A stretch of DNA of 64,000 bases from Thermoplasmatota archaeon (GCA_040751795.1 JBFMHR010000003.1:264421-328420); one strand, 5' to 3'. Counted from the stretch's first letter, positions 36,755 to 46,080 are shown. Program-made: numbers and translations. Notes: a model not told the origin generated them from the sequence alone.

Positions 36755-36760
36755 AAAAAA
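36755..36760 (-). terminator. Oligo-T tract (TTTTTT) downstream of tRNA-Trp
   Basis: T6 run about 47 nt 3' of the tRNA on the minus strand. Archaeal terminators are typically oligo-T. Confidence 0.3.
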
Positions 36761-36806
36761 CCCCTTGATTTCTCGGACCGATGACTATACTGGCTATGCC
36801 TAGGAG

Positions 36807-36981
36807 TGGGGGCAGAGGGATTTGAACCCCCATCGACGGGTTTCCTCCACGCGGAGAGCGACTCCGCGCGTTCTACGGACTATGGGTCATCGCTCCAGTT
36901 ACTCATCACTGGTCAGCAAACCCAACGGAAATCATTCCCATAACTGGAGCCCGTAAGGATACCAGGTTACCCCATACCCCC
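36807..36981 (-). tRNA. tRNA-Trp (anticodon CCA) with a 102-nt intron at the canonical 37/38 position; the intron carries box C/D-like motifs
   Basis: Exons fold by hand. Acceptor GGGGGUA/UGCCCCC with discriminator A. T-arm GGGGG-UUCAAAU-CCCUC. Anticodon stem ACGGG/CCCGU, loop CUCCAG. Intron contains GUGAUGA and CUGA, and CTGGAG complementary to the anticodon-loop CTCCAG (BHB-like). No encoded CCA. Confidence 0.75.
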
Positions 36982-37181
36982 AGAGTGGTTTGGACGCCGG
37001 GGAGCCTACTTCTTCCTCAGCTTCTGAGCTCTCTTCCGTCTCCTCATCTTCTTCTTGCGCCACTTCCATCGCTGCTTGCCGCGCTTCTTCCAGGCACGTG
37101 AGCTCCTCTTCATCGGTCAGACTCCCTCGCGTCTTTTGGGCGTACAACGCCCCCCTTTTATATGTCTTTTGGAGGCCAAGG

Positions 37182-37305
37182 CGGGCCGGTCGGGACTTTC
37201 GGGCGCTTCGGGCGCCTTTCGAACCCGAGACCACTGGCTTGCCTCACCGCCCCTTAAGGGGCGGATTAGAAGGCCAGTGCTATATCCTGACTAAGCCACC
37301 GGCCC
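37182..37305 (-). tRNA. Candidate tRNA-Arg (anticodon UCU) with two putative introns (27 nt at 37/38, about 22 nt in the T-loop)
   Basis: Perfect 7-bp acceptor GGGCCGG/CCGGCCC. D-arm GCUUAGUCAGGAUAUAGC. Anticodon stem CUGGC/GCCAG, loop CUUCUAA. T-stem UCGGG/CCCGA encloses UUCGAAA plus a GGCGCCCGAAGCGCC hairpin insert. Confidence 0.4.
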
Positions 37306-37440
37306 ACGCCTGGCCTCGGTGTAGAAGAGCCGCCGCCGTATTAAAGCTTGGTTGCAGGCCCGGCGCCCAAGGCGATAGTGCTCTAGCTCCCTGGCTCCGG
37401 GGTTACATTAAAAGCGATGCACAGCCCTCAAGGTGGTCGG

Positions 37441-38223
37441 ATGGCCGCGATAGAGATATTCGAACTCAAGAAGACCGACCTCCGCAACGCCGTGGTAATA
37501 GACGGCTTCCCGAGCGTGGGCCTGGTCAGTTCCATAGTGGCGAACTACCTGATAGCGCTCCTGAAGATGGAGTACGTCGCGGTCATGGACTCCGACCTGT
37601 TCCCGACGGTGTCCCTCATCAGGGACTCGGAACCGCTCGGGCCCGCGCGCGTATACGCACGCCCCCGCCTCAAGGACGGGGAGCAGCAGGTCGTCGTCTT
37701 CTCGACCGAGATACAGCCCTCAGCGCAGCTCCTCAGGCCCCTGGGGACGGCGATCATAGACTTCGCCATCGCCCAGCGCTGCAGGCTCGTGATATCCGCG
37801 GGCGGCCTGATCGTGGAGAGGGGAGAGGACGAGGCCGGCCAGGAGGAGGAGATCGGCGAGGTCGCCGTCTACGGCACCGGCAGCACGGACGCGGCCCAGG
37901 AGCTCCTGAAGGAGGCCGACGCGGAGCCGTTCCTCGAGGGCGTGATCTCCGGCACCGCGGGGGTGCTGCTCAACGAGGGCAAGAGGAGGCAGGTCGACGT
38001 CATCACCCTCCTCGCGGAGGCAAGGCCCGACGTCGCAGACGCCAGGGCGGCCGCGCTGATACTCGCGGCCATTGACCAGATGGTCCTCCACATGAACCTC
38101 AACGTCGAGCCGCTGTGCAAGGAGGCGGAGAGGCTAGAGGCGCAGCTGAAGGTGCTGCACAAGGACGCCGCGCGCCAGAGCAGGGGGCAGTCACCCAACA
38201 ACAAGGTCGAGGGGTACTACTAG
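37441..38223 (+). CDS. PAC2-family protein (proteasome assembly chaperone-like, PbaA/PbaB family)
   Basis: VVIDGFPSVGLVSSIVANYL motif typical of the PAC2/COG1938 family. 260 aa. Confidence 0.5.
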   Translation: MAAIEIFELKKTDLRNAVVIDGFPSVGLVSSIVANYLIALLKMEYVAVMDSDLFPTVSLIRDSEPLGPARVYARPRLKDGEQQVVVFSTEIQPSAQLLRPLGTAIIDFAIAQRCRLVISAGGLIVERGEDEAGQEEEIGEVAVYGTGSTDAAQELLKEADAEPFLEGVISGTAGVLLNEGKRRQVDVITLLAEARPDVADARAAALILAAIDQMVLHMNLNVEPLCKEAERLEAQLKVLHKDAARQSRGQSPNNKVEGYY

Positions 38224-38437
38224 GCCCAATCAATTCGCTCAGGGTGCCGGACCGTGAACCAGAGCTGTCGGGGCAGGCCCGTGGATGTCATCCGCTCTCC
38301 GCTGGGCTGCATGCAGGAGCGCGGTTCCAGGCCCGTCTGGGTGCCGCCGCGTCACGTTTCATATAGCTGGGCGGAGTTCCGTTGACGTGCCCGAGTGACG
38401 CCGACCAGAGTATGCGGCCATCCTGCGGTTCGGCCGG

Positions 38438-39628
38438 GTGCGCCTCCATCTAGGTGAATCGATGATCGAGTGGATCTACAACGCGCTCATAGTGTTGTTC
38501 GTGATCGCGTGGGTCCTGGCGGTGAAGAGGCCCGGTGCGCTCCGGTTCCTCGCCCCTCTCGCATCCAGGAAGAAGGTCACCCTCGCGATGGCGTGGACCC
38601 TCTTCCTCGCGTTGGCGCTCACCTTCGTCATCTCGTTCGATTACATGGAACAGAGCCACGACATCGATGATGCTGTAGAGGCAGCCGTCGAGAGCTACCT
38701 AGAAGGGACGAACCCCTACACAGACCCCGTGGTGCCGCGGTTCAAGGAGATGGGGCACTTCGTCCTCTTCGGCGGGCTCGGCGACGGCGAGATCGAGTGG
38801 GCCTACGGGCCCTACAACTACCTTCCTGTTGACTTGCTGTTCTACGCTGCGTCGTACGAGGCGATGGGGGGTCTGGGTTCCCCATACTGGTTCGTCCTGA
38901 CGAACCTGCTGCTGTCGTCATTCGCCCTCGCGCTCCTCAACAGGCTCCTGAAGGTGGATTGGCTGTTGTACGCCCCCGCCGCGGGTTGCATCGTCCTCTT
39001 CCTCGCCTTTGACAATACCAGCCTCACGCTCCTCCTGATGGTCGCCGCGGTGGTCGCCAGGGAACAGCTGCGTGCGCACCGCGAGGTCGCATCCCTTGTC
39101 CTCCTGGGGGTCGCATCCCTGACGAAGGTGTTCGCAGGCATCCCGTTCGTGTGCTTCCTCCTGCGCGACATTCAATGTGCGCTGAAGGCGAGGGACTGGC
39201 GGTCGCTGGCCCAGACCGGTGCCGCCGCGGCGGCCTGCGGACTGCTGGCCTTCCTCGTCATATATCCTTTCGGGACTTCCGACGTCCTCGACTCGACCGT
39301 CTTCATATACTCCAGCGGCGAGGAACGCGAGGACAGGCCCATGGGGGGCACGCTGCTCAGCGAACTCCCCCTGGATAGCGACTACTACTCCGTGATCAGC
39401 ATCGCGTCCATCGTCGCCGCCCTTGCCGTCAGCCTCCGCTTCAAGAACCTCAACGACAGGGTCCTCATCGTCTCCATGGCCGTCCTGCTCGTGTCCGTGA
39501 AGAGCACGTTCGCCCCGTTCTCGGTGGTCGCGCTCTTCATCGTCCTGCGCGCCAGAGGGATCACCCTCGGCGGCAAGGGGGAGGTCGCTCCACCGGCCCC
39601 TGGAGAGGCCGTCAGGCCCCCGTCGTGA
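38438..39628 (+). CDS. Polytopic integral membrane protein (possible glycosyltransferase-like), function unknown
   Basis: At least 9 predicted TM helices, about 396 aa. Confidence 0.55.
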   Translation: MRLHLGESMIEWIYNALIVLFVIAWVLAVKRPGALRFLAPLASRKKVTLAMAWTLFLALALTFVISFDYMEQSHDIDDAVEAAVESYLEGTNPYTDPVVPRFKEMGHFVLFGGLGDGEIEWAYGPYNYLPVDLLFYAASYEAMGGLGSPYWFVLTNLLLSSFALALLNRLLKVDWLLYAPAAGCIVLFLAFDNTSLTLLLMVAAVVAREQLRAHREVASLVLLGVASLTKVFAGIPFVCFLLRDIQCALKARDWRSLAQTGAAAAACGLLAFLVIYPFGTSDVLDSTVFIYSSGEEREDRPMGGTLLSELPLDSDYYSVISIASIVAALAVSLRFKNLNDRVLIVSMAVLLVSVKSTFAPFSVVALFIVLRARGITLGGKGEVAPPAPGEAVRPPS

Positions 39629-39797
39629 TGCCGACGGACGCCGTACCCTTACACGCGCCCGGCCGTAACCTGTTCGGGGCCCGAAGGTCGGCGCGGATGC
39701 CCATGCTGCCCACCCCGTTCTTCCTAAAGTAATATCTATTGTTTCAACCATCCGCAACAGAAGCGATGTTTAATCGCACGAACTTCGAGGTGTTCCG

Positions 39798-41135
39798 ATG
39801 GTAGCGCAAAAAGCTTCAATCAAGACCGAGGTCCCCGGCCCCAAGTCCGTGGAGCTCGGCAAGCTGCGGGAGAAGTACCTGTCGAAGGGAGTCGGCATAG
39901 TCGCCCCGGTGTACATCGAGAAGGCCGAAGGGTCCCTCCTGTACGACGTCGACGGCAACGTCTTCATCGACATGGGGAGCGGGATAGGCGTCAACAACGT
40001 GGGCAACAGGCCCCCGGAGGTCGTGGCGGCGGTCAAGGCCCAGGCGGACAAGTTCCTCCACCTGTGCTTCCAGGTCACCCCGTACGAGAGCTACCTCCGC
40101 CTCGCCCAGAAGCTCGCGGAGTCCGCGCCAGGCAAGGGTTTGACGAAGTCGGTCCTGTACAACTCGGGCGCCGAGGCGGTGGAGAACTCCGTCAAGATCT
40201 CGAGGCACTACACGAAGAAGCCGGCGGCCTTCTCGTTCGTCCACGCGTTCCACGGCCGGACCATGATGGCCATGGCCCTGACCTCGAAGGAGATGCCCTA
40301 CAAGGCGGGGTTCGGGCCGCTGCCGGAGACCTACAAGGTCGAGTTCGCCTACTGCTACAGGTGCCCCCTGAACATGACGTACCCGTCCTGCGGCGTCGCC
40401 TGCGCGGACAAGATCGACGAGACGTGGTCGAAACCCCAGTTCCAGGGCAAGGTCGCGTGCCTAATAGGTGAGCCGATCGCGGGCGAGGGCGGTTTCATCG
40501 TCCCGCCCAAGGAGTTCTTCGCGAAGGTCACCAAGATCTGCAGGAAGCACGGTGCCGTGTACATAGACGACGAGATCCAGACCGGCGCCGGGAGGACGGG
40601 CAGGATGTGGTGCGTCGAGCACTGGCCTGGCGTCGAGCCGGACATGCTGGTCAGCGGCAAGGGCATAGGCGGAGGGTTCCCGGTGTCCGCCACCACGGGC
40701 AAGCCGGAGATCATGGACGCGCCGCAGGTCGGCGGCCTGGGCGGCACGTTCGGAGGCAACCCGGTCGCGTGCTCCGCGGCCCTGGCCCAGTGGCCGGTGA
40801 TCGAGAAGGCGTTGAAGAACGTCCCGAAGGTGAACGCCTACATGACGAGGAGGCTCTCCGAGCTGCAGAAGCGCTTCCCCATCATCGGCGACGTCAGGGG
40901 CATGGGCGCGATGATGGCCGTCGAGCTGGTCAGCGACCCGAAGGCCAAGACCCCGGCCGTCAACGAGACCAAGGCGATCAAGGCCGCGGCGCTGAAGAAG
41001 GGCCTCCTGCTCCTGACCTGCGGCACCTATGACAACGTCATAAGGATGCACCCGTCGATGGTGATGCCGCCGGAGGTCCTCGAGCAGGCGATGGACATCC
41101 TCGAGGCCAGCTTCGCCGAGGCCGTCAAGGCGTAG
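39798..41135 (+). CDS. Class-III PLP-dependent aminotransferase (4-aminobutyrate/acetylornithine aminotransferase family)
   Basis: GSGIGVNNVGN, DEIQTGAGRTG, and a PLP-lysine region SGKGIGGGFP. 445 aa. Confidence 0.85.
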   Translation: MVAQKASIKTEVPGPKSVELGKLREKYLSKGVGIVAPVYIEKAEGSLLYDVDGNVFIDMGSGIGVNNVGNRPPEVVAAVKAQADKFLHLCFQVTPYESYLRLAQKLAESAPGKGLTKSVLYNSGAEAVENSVKISRHYTKKPAAFSFVHAFHGRTMMAMALTSKEMPYKAGFGPLPETYKVEFAYCYRCPLNMTYPSCGVACADKIDETWSKPQFQGKVACLIGEPIAGEGGFIVPPKEFFAKVTKICRKHGAVYIDDEIQTGAGRTGRMWCVEHWPGVEPDMLVSGKGIGGGFPVSATTGKPEIMDAPQVGGLGGTFGGNPVACSAALAQWPVIEKALKNVPKVNAYMTRRLSELQKRFPIIGDVRGMGAMMAVELVSDPKAKTPAVNETKAIKAAALKKGLLLLTCGTYDNVIRMHPSMVMPPEVLEQAMDILEASFAEAVKA

Positions 41136-41282
41136 GCGCCCAGGCGCCCGAAACCCTTCTCAAACCCCCTCTTTGCTTCTCCAGGCGATGCCCCCTCAGG
41201 GACGGCCACCGGCCCGCCCCCTGTGCGAAACTATAAAATATACTTTCATTATTTCAAGTTGGCTTTAACGGAGGCACACGAG

Positions 41283-42233
41283 ATGTCATCGAAGGGCATG
41301 AGCAAGACCTCCAGGACGGTCTGGACCGTCCTGGTAGTGGCACTGACGGGCGTTGCAGCGTTCACCGGCGGGTACTTCGTCGGCGCGATGGTGGCCGACA
41401 CCGACGACGGTTTCACCGTCGTCGACGACTACGGCAGGACTGTGACCCTCGACGCGATACCCGAGAGGATCATCTCGATAGCGCCGTCGCCGACCGAGAT
41501 ACTGTTCGCCATCGGCGCCGGCCCCCAGATCGTCGGGGTGGACAACTACAGCGACTACCCCGAGGCGGCGGTCTCGCTCCCCAAAGTGGGCGACTACACC
41601 CTGAACCTCGAGGCGGTCGCGTCGCTCCAGCCGGACCTCATCGTGGGAGGCGACCTCGTCCCCCTGGCGCAGCTGGAGCAGCTGGAGGCGCAGGGGATAC
41701 CGTACGTCCTCCTCGCTGACAGGACCCTCGAGGACGTCCTGAAGACCATAAGGCTCGCAGGCGTCATCACTGGCCACGTCGCCGAGGCCGACGCGGTCGC
41801 GGACGCCCTCTCGGAGAGGATAGACGCGGTCAAGGAGAAGACCCTAGACCCCGGCGTCGTCAAGCCCAGGGTGTACATCGAGTACGACGAGTTCATGGGC
41901 CTCTGGACATACGGTCCAGGGTCCTTCGGGGACGACCTCATCATGGCCGCGGGCGGCATCAACATAGCGCACAACACGAGCTCGGAGTACCCGATGGTCG
42001 AGAGCGAGTTCGTCATCGCGCAGAACCCCGAGATCATCGTATACACCACCGGGCCCTGGTCGACCCTCAACGAGGACACCTACATCAACCGGCCCGGCTG
42101 GGACGTGATCGACGCGGTCGTCGACGGGGACATATACGGCATGGACGCGAACCTGATCAGCAGGTACGGGCCGAGGATAGTGGACTGCCTCGAGATGCTC
42201 GCGGAGATCATCCACCCAGAGCTGTTCGAGTGA
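41283..42233 (+). CDS. ABC transporter substrate-binding protein (Fe3+-siderophore/cobalamin, BtuF/FhuD-like)
   Basis: N-terminal signal/TM anchor. ISIAPSPTEILFAIGAGPQIVGVDNYSDYPE is typical of class III periplasmic binding proteins. Confidence 0.75.
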   Translation: MSSKGMSKTSRTVWTVLVVALTGVAAFTGGYFVGAMVADTDDGFTVVDDYGRTVTLDAIPERIISIAPSPTEILFAIGAGPQIVGVDNYSDYPEAAVSLPKVGDYTLNLEAVASLQPDLIVGGDLVPLAQLEQLEAQGIPYVLLADRTLEDVLKTIRLAGVITGHVAEADAVADALSERIDAVKEKTLDPGVVKPRVYIEYDEFMGLWTYGPGSFGDDLIMAAGGINIAHNTSSEYPMVESEFVIAQNPEIIVYTTGPWSTLNEDTYINRPGWDVIDAVVDGDIYGMDANLISRYGPRIVDCLEMLAEIIHPELFE

Positions 42234-42243
42234 GCAGGAGCCG

Positions 42244-43344
42244 GTGATGCACCCTGGGAAGGGAGAGGCCGAGTCCGCGGGCGTGGACTTCCCGAGGCTC
42301 ATGAGGCGGAGGTTCGTATGGCTCGTCAGCCTCGCGGCCGGGCTGGCCGCGTCGGTGATCGCGGCGGTCCTCGTGGGCACCCTCGGGCCCATCGGCCCGG
42401 GCATCCCCGAATACATCTCCTTCAGGGAGGCCATCGGGGCCATCTTCCTCCAGCAGGGGGACTGGCCCTCCTACTTCTCTGACGTGTTCTGGGACGTGCG
42501 GATCCCCAGGGTCCTGCTCGCGGCGGCGGTAGGCGCGTCGCTCGCGTGCGCCGGCACCGCGATGCAGGCCGTGTTCAGGAACCCCATGGCCGACCCCTAC
42601 ATAGTAGGCGTGTCGTCCGGCGCATCAGTCGGAGCGGTCGTGGCCGGCCTGATGGGGTTCGCGACAATCGCGGTGATCGGCGCGCTGATAACCCCTGCGC
42701 TGGCGTTCACGACCGCGCTCCTCACGGTCTTCGTGGTCTACTCCCTGGGCGTCGTCGGGGGGAAGGTGTACGTCAACACCCTCCTCCTCTCAGGGGTCGC
42801 GGTCGCCGCGTTCCTCGGCGCCGTGGTCTCCGTGCTGATTTACTTCGCGGGCCAGCAGTACCACAGGATAATCTTCTGGCTCCTCGGGAGCCTTTCGCTC
42901 GCGTCGTGGTCGGCGTTCGCGGTGGTCGCGATCGCCGCCGCGATCGGGATAGTCCTAGTGTTCATATCGAGCAGGGACTTGAACGCCCTGCTCCTCGGCG
43001 AGGAGACCGCCCACAACCTCGGCGTCGACCCGGAGGGCCTCAAGACACTAATGCTGGTCGTGGCCGCGGTGATGACGGCGGCCGCCGTCGCGTTCACGGG
43101 CGTCATAGGTTTCGTCGGCCTGATCATACCGCACATGGTCAGGCTCGTGGTCGGGGCGGACCACCGCATCCTCGTCCCCGCGGCGACCATGTCGGGGGCG
43201 ATATTCCTGATCTGGGCGGACACGGCCGCCAGGACGATCATCGCCCCCACCGAGCTGCCGGTGGGCATCATCACGGCCCTCTGTGGAGGGCCGTTCTTCC
43301 TCTACCTCCTCAGGAGGAACCGGCTGGCGGGTGAGGACCGATGA
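42244..43344 (+). CDS. ABC transporter permease (FecCD/BtuC family)
   Basis: About 10 TM helices with a conserved FecCD signature region. Adjacent to the binding protein and the ATPase. Confidence 0.85.
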   Translation: MMHPGKGEAESAGVDFPRLMRRRFVWLVSLAAGLAASVIAAVLVGTLGPIGPGIPEYISFREAIGAIFLQQGDWPSYFSDVFWDVRIPRVLLAAAVGASLACAGTAMQAVFRNPMADPYIVGVSSGASVGAVVAGLMGFATIAVIGALITPALAFTTALLTVFVVYSLGVVGGKVYVNTLLLSGVAVAAFLGAVVSVLIYFAGQQYHRIIFWLLGSLSLASWSAFAVVAIAAAIGIVLVFISSRDLNALLLGEETAHNLGVDPEGLKTLMLVVAAVMTAAAVAFTGVIGFVGLIIPHMVRLVVGADHRILVPAATMSGAIFLIWADTAARTIIAPTELPVGIITALCGGPFFLYLLRRNRLAGEDR

Positions 43345-44597
43345 GGCTGGAGGTGAAGGGGCTCTCCTACTCATTCGGGGACAAGAAGGTCCTGAAGGAC
43401 GTGTCCTTCGAGGTCAGGCCGGGGGAGTTCATGGGGCTCATGGGCCCCAACGGCTCGGGGAAGACGACGCTCCTCCGCTGCATCATGAACTACCTCGGGC
43501 CCCCCGAGGGCTCGGTCCTCATTGACGGCCATGAGCTGCAGGGCTGCCCCCCCGAGAAGCTGGCCCGCACATTCGCGGTGGTGCCCCAGAGCTCCTCGAC
43601 CGACTTCACGTTCTCCGCGTACGACATAGTGATGATGGGTCGCATCCCCCACAGGGCCAGCAAGTTCGCGGGCCCGTCGAGGGAGGACGCGGACGCCGTC
43701 AGGGGCGCCATGGAGAGGACCCGCACGTGGGCCATGGCGAGCAGGCCCTTCTTCGCCCTGAGCGGCGGGGAGAGGCAGAGGGTGATCATAGCCAGGGCGG
43801 TGGCCCAGCAGCCGGAGGCCTTCCTTCTGGACGAGCCCACGGTCTACCTCGACATCAACGGACAGCTCGAGGTCATGGACCTCATCAGGAGCCTCAACGA
43901 GGAGGAGGGCCTCACGGTCATCGCGGTCCTGCACGACGTGAACGTCGCCGCGCGGTACTGCGACAGGATAGCCCTCCTGAGCAACGGGTGGCTCGAGGCC
44001 ATCGGCCCGCCGGCCGAGGTTCTCACACCTGGGGTCATACAGAGCGTGTACGGCGTGGAGGTCGCCGTGAGGAAGGACCCGTTCACGGACGCGGTCTACG
44101 TGATGCCGCGGTCATCGGTCGCGCCGGCGCCCAGGCACGGGCGCAGGGTGCACGTCCTGTGCGGCGGCGGGGCCGGAGGCCCCGTCCTGAAGGCGATCGC
44201 GGATGCGGGATACGGCGTGTCGACCGGGGTGTTGAACGTCCTGGACTCCGACTTCGAGAACGCCAGGGACCTGCACATACCGGCCGTCCCGGAGGCCCCT
44301 TTCGCCGCCGTGAGCGACGCGGCGCACGAGGAGAACCTGAGGCTGATAGGCGAGTCGGAGACGGTCGTGGTGTCGCCGTTCCCCGTCGGGCCAGGCAACT
44401 TCAGGAACATCGAGGCGGCGGAGCACGCCCTCCGCTCGGGCAAGAGGGTAGTGGTCCTCATGCCCGGCGACCCGTCCTCCGTGGACTTCGTCGGCGGGAG
44501 GGCCGCCGAGGCCATCAAGGGTTTGATTAGGTCGGGAGCGATTGAGGTCAAGAGCCTCGACGAGGCGCTGAAGCGCCTCCACGGGCCGGACGGGTGA
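43341..44597 (+). CDS. ABC transporter ATP-binding protein with an approximately 150-aa C-terminal extension
   Basis: Walker A GPNGSGKTT, signature LSGGERQR, Walker B LLDEPT. Residues ~265-418 (VHVLCGGGAGGPVLKAIADAGYGV...VVLMPGD) form an extra domain of unknown function. Confidence 0.85.
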   Translation: MRLEVKGLSYSFGDKKVLKDVSFEVRPGEFMGLMGPNGSGKTTLLRCIMNYLGPPEGSVLIDGHELQGCPPEKLARTFAVVPQSSSTDFTFSAYDIVMMGRIPHRASKFAGPSREDADAVRGAMERTRTWAMASRPFFALSGGERQRVIIARAVAQQPEAFLLDEPTVYLDINGQLEVMDLIRSLNEEEGLTVIAVLHDVNVAARYCDRIALLSNGWLEAIGPPAEVLTPGVIQSVYGVEVAVRKDPFTDAVYVMPRSSVAPAPRHGRRVHVLCGGGAGGPVLKAIADAGYGVSTGVLNVLDSDFENARDLHIPAVPEAPFAAVSDAAHEENLRLIGESETVVVSPFPVGPGNFRNIEAAEHALRSGKRVVVLMPGDPSSVDFVGGRAAEAIKGLIRSGAIEVKSLDEALKRLHGPDG

Positions 44598-45400
44598 CGG
44601 GGTTGAAGGAGAGGCCTCTGAGGGACCTGAAGCGCAACACGGAGATGCTGATCCTGGTGGGGCTCATAAGGTCGCCCTCGGCCAGGCTCAGGGACGTCGC
44701 GGAAGGGCTCGGCATCACCGTGCAGGCGGTCAGCCAGTACACGAACCAGATGCGCAAGGAAGGGCTCCTCCTCGAGCGCAAGGGCCTCCTCAGGCCCAGC
44801 AGGAAGGGCATGCAGGCCCTGCAGGAGCACTTCTCCAGCATCAAGCAGGACGTGGACGAGATCCTCAGGGGCATAAGCGTCGTGGACAGGTGCGTCGCCG
44901 TCGCCGGCACGCCGGTCAGGAAGGGGTCCCCTGTCGGTCTCGCCATGGAGGACGGGATGATGATGGCCTTCGCCGGCGCGAAGAGCTCATCCACCGGTGT
45001 CGCCCTGGAGGACGCCGAGGAGGGGGACGACGTGCTCGTCGGGCGGCTGGAGGGCATACTCGACATGGACCTCGGCAAGCTCCTGGTGCTGGAGGCACCG
45101 TCGGAGCTGGACGGGGGCTCCAAGGCCGCCGACATCGGGCAGGCCAGGCAGAAGGTGGAGGACTTCTCCCCGGGCCTTCTCGCAGCCGGCGACACCGTCG
45201 GGGCGGCCCTGCTGATGAAGGCCAGCGGGGAGATGCTAACGCTCCACGCGCCAGTGGAGTCCGCGATGAGCGCCCTGAGCAAGGGCGTCGACGTGGTCTA
45301 CTGCGGGACCAGGGAGTCCTGCGAGCTGATGATCGAGGCGGTGGCGAAGCTCAAGGCGGACACGGGCTACGACATCAAGTGGCGGACCTTCAGACTGTGA
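44594..45400 (+). CDS. Winged-helix transcriptional regulator with an uncharacterised C-terminal domain
   Basis: N-terminal wHTH (ARLRDVAEGLGITVQAVSQYTNQMRKEGLL). 4-nt overlap with the ABC ATPase gene. Confidence 0.5.
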   Translation: MTGLKERPLRDLKRNTEMLILVGLIRSPSARLRDVAEGLGITVQAVSQYTNQMRKEGLLLERKGLLRPSRKGMQALQEHFSSIKQDVDEILRGISVVDRCVAVAGTPVRKGSPVGLAMEDGMMMAFAGAKSSSTGVALEDAEEGDDVLVGRLEGILDMDLGKLLVLEAPSELDGGSKAADIGQARQKVEDFSPGLLAAGDTVGAALLMKASGEMLTLHAPVESAMSALSKGVDVVYCGTRESCELMIEAVAKLKADTGYDIKWRTFRL

Positions 45401-45442
45401 TTTTCAGGTGGCAGGGCTAAATCCCGCCATTCGGATTCACCC

Positions 45443-46021
45443 GTGGTGAGCGCGGTGGATGTGGCAGGTGCCGTGGAGGCAAGGAGGGCCAAGAGGGTCC
45501 TGTCCGAGCGTGCAGTCGAGGACGAGAAGGTGCGGGCTCTCGCGGAGGCGGCGCGCCTCTCCGCGTCCTGCTTCAACAACCAGCCATGGAGGCTGGTGTT
45601 CTGCAGGGGCGAGGGGGCCCTGGAAGCCGTCAAGGGGGCGCTGTCCAAGGGGAACGCGTGGGCGACGAGGTCACCCCTAATCATAGCCGTGGCGGCGAGG
45701 CCGCCCGACGACTGCCAGCTCAGCGACCGCAGGGACTACTTCCTCTTCGACTGCGGGCTCGCGATTGGCCAGCTGGAGCTCGCGGCCACGGCGATGGACC
45801 TAATCGCCCACCCGATCGCCGGCTTCGACCCACTGAAGGTGAAGGCCGCCCTGGGGATACCTGAGGACCACACGGTGATAACCCTCGTGATATGCGGCTA
45901 CCCCGGGACCGACGATTCGCTGCTCTCCGACAAGCAGAGGGAGGCCGAGAGGTCCCGGCCAGAGAGGAAGCCCCGGGGGGAGAATCTCTTCGCGGACGGG
46001 TGGGGCCGCCCCCTCGCCTGA
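45443..46021 (+). CDS. Nitroreductase-family protein
   Basis: Resemblance to the nitroreductase fold (RxS...FNNQPWRLVF, dimeric flavoprotein family). 192 aa. Confidence 0.65.
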   Translation: MVSAVDVAGAVEARRAKRVLSERAVEDEKVRALAEAARLSASCFNNQPWRLVFCRGEGALEAVKGALSKGNAWATRSPLIIAVAARPPDDCQLSDRRDYFLFDCGLAIGQLELAATAMDLIAHPIAGFDPLKVKAALGIPEDHTVITLVICGYPGTDDSLLSDKQREAERSRPERKPRGENLFADGWGRPLA

Positions 46022-46080
46022 CCCCGGCAAGGCATATATCGGGCCTGTGACCATCGGGAGGCAGTCCGGAGGCTGTCCAG

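Noticed and set aside
36932-37234. 100-aa ORF (basic N-terminus, acidic Glu-rich middle) on the minus strand.
   Set aside because: Overlaps both predicted tRNA genes and the structured spacer between them. Its composition is typical of spurious GA-rich frames.
37140-37400. GC-rich hairpin-dense non-coding region considered as SRP (7S) RNA or RNase P RNA.
   Set aside because: Only a partial GAAAGUCC resemblance to RNase P CR-I. There is no matching CR-V/P4 partner and no SRP domain-IV motif. The hairpins are better explained as introns of a tRNA-Arg candidate with a perfect acceptor stem.
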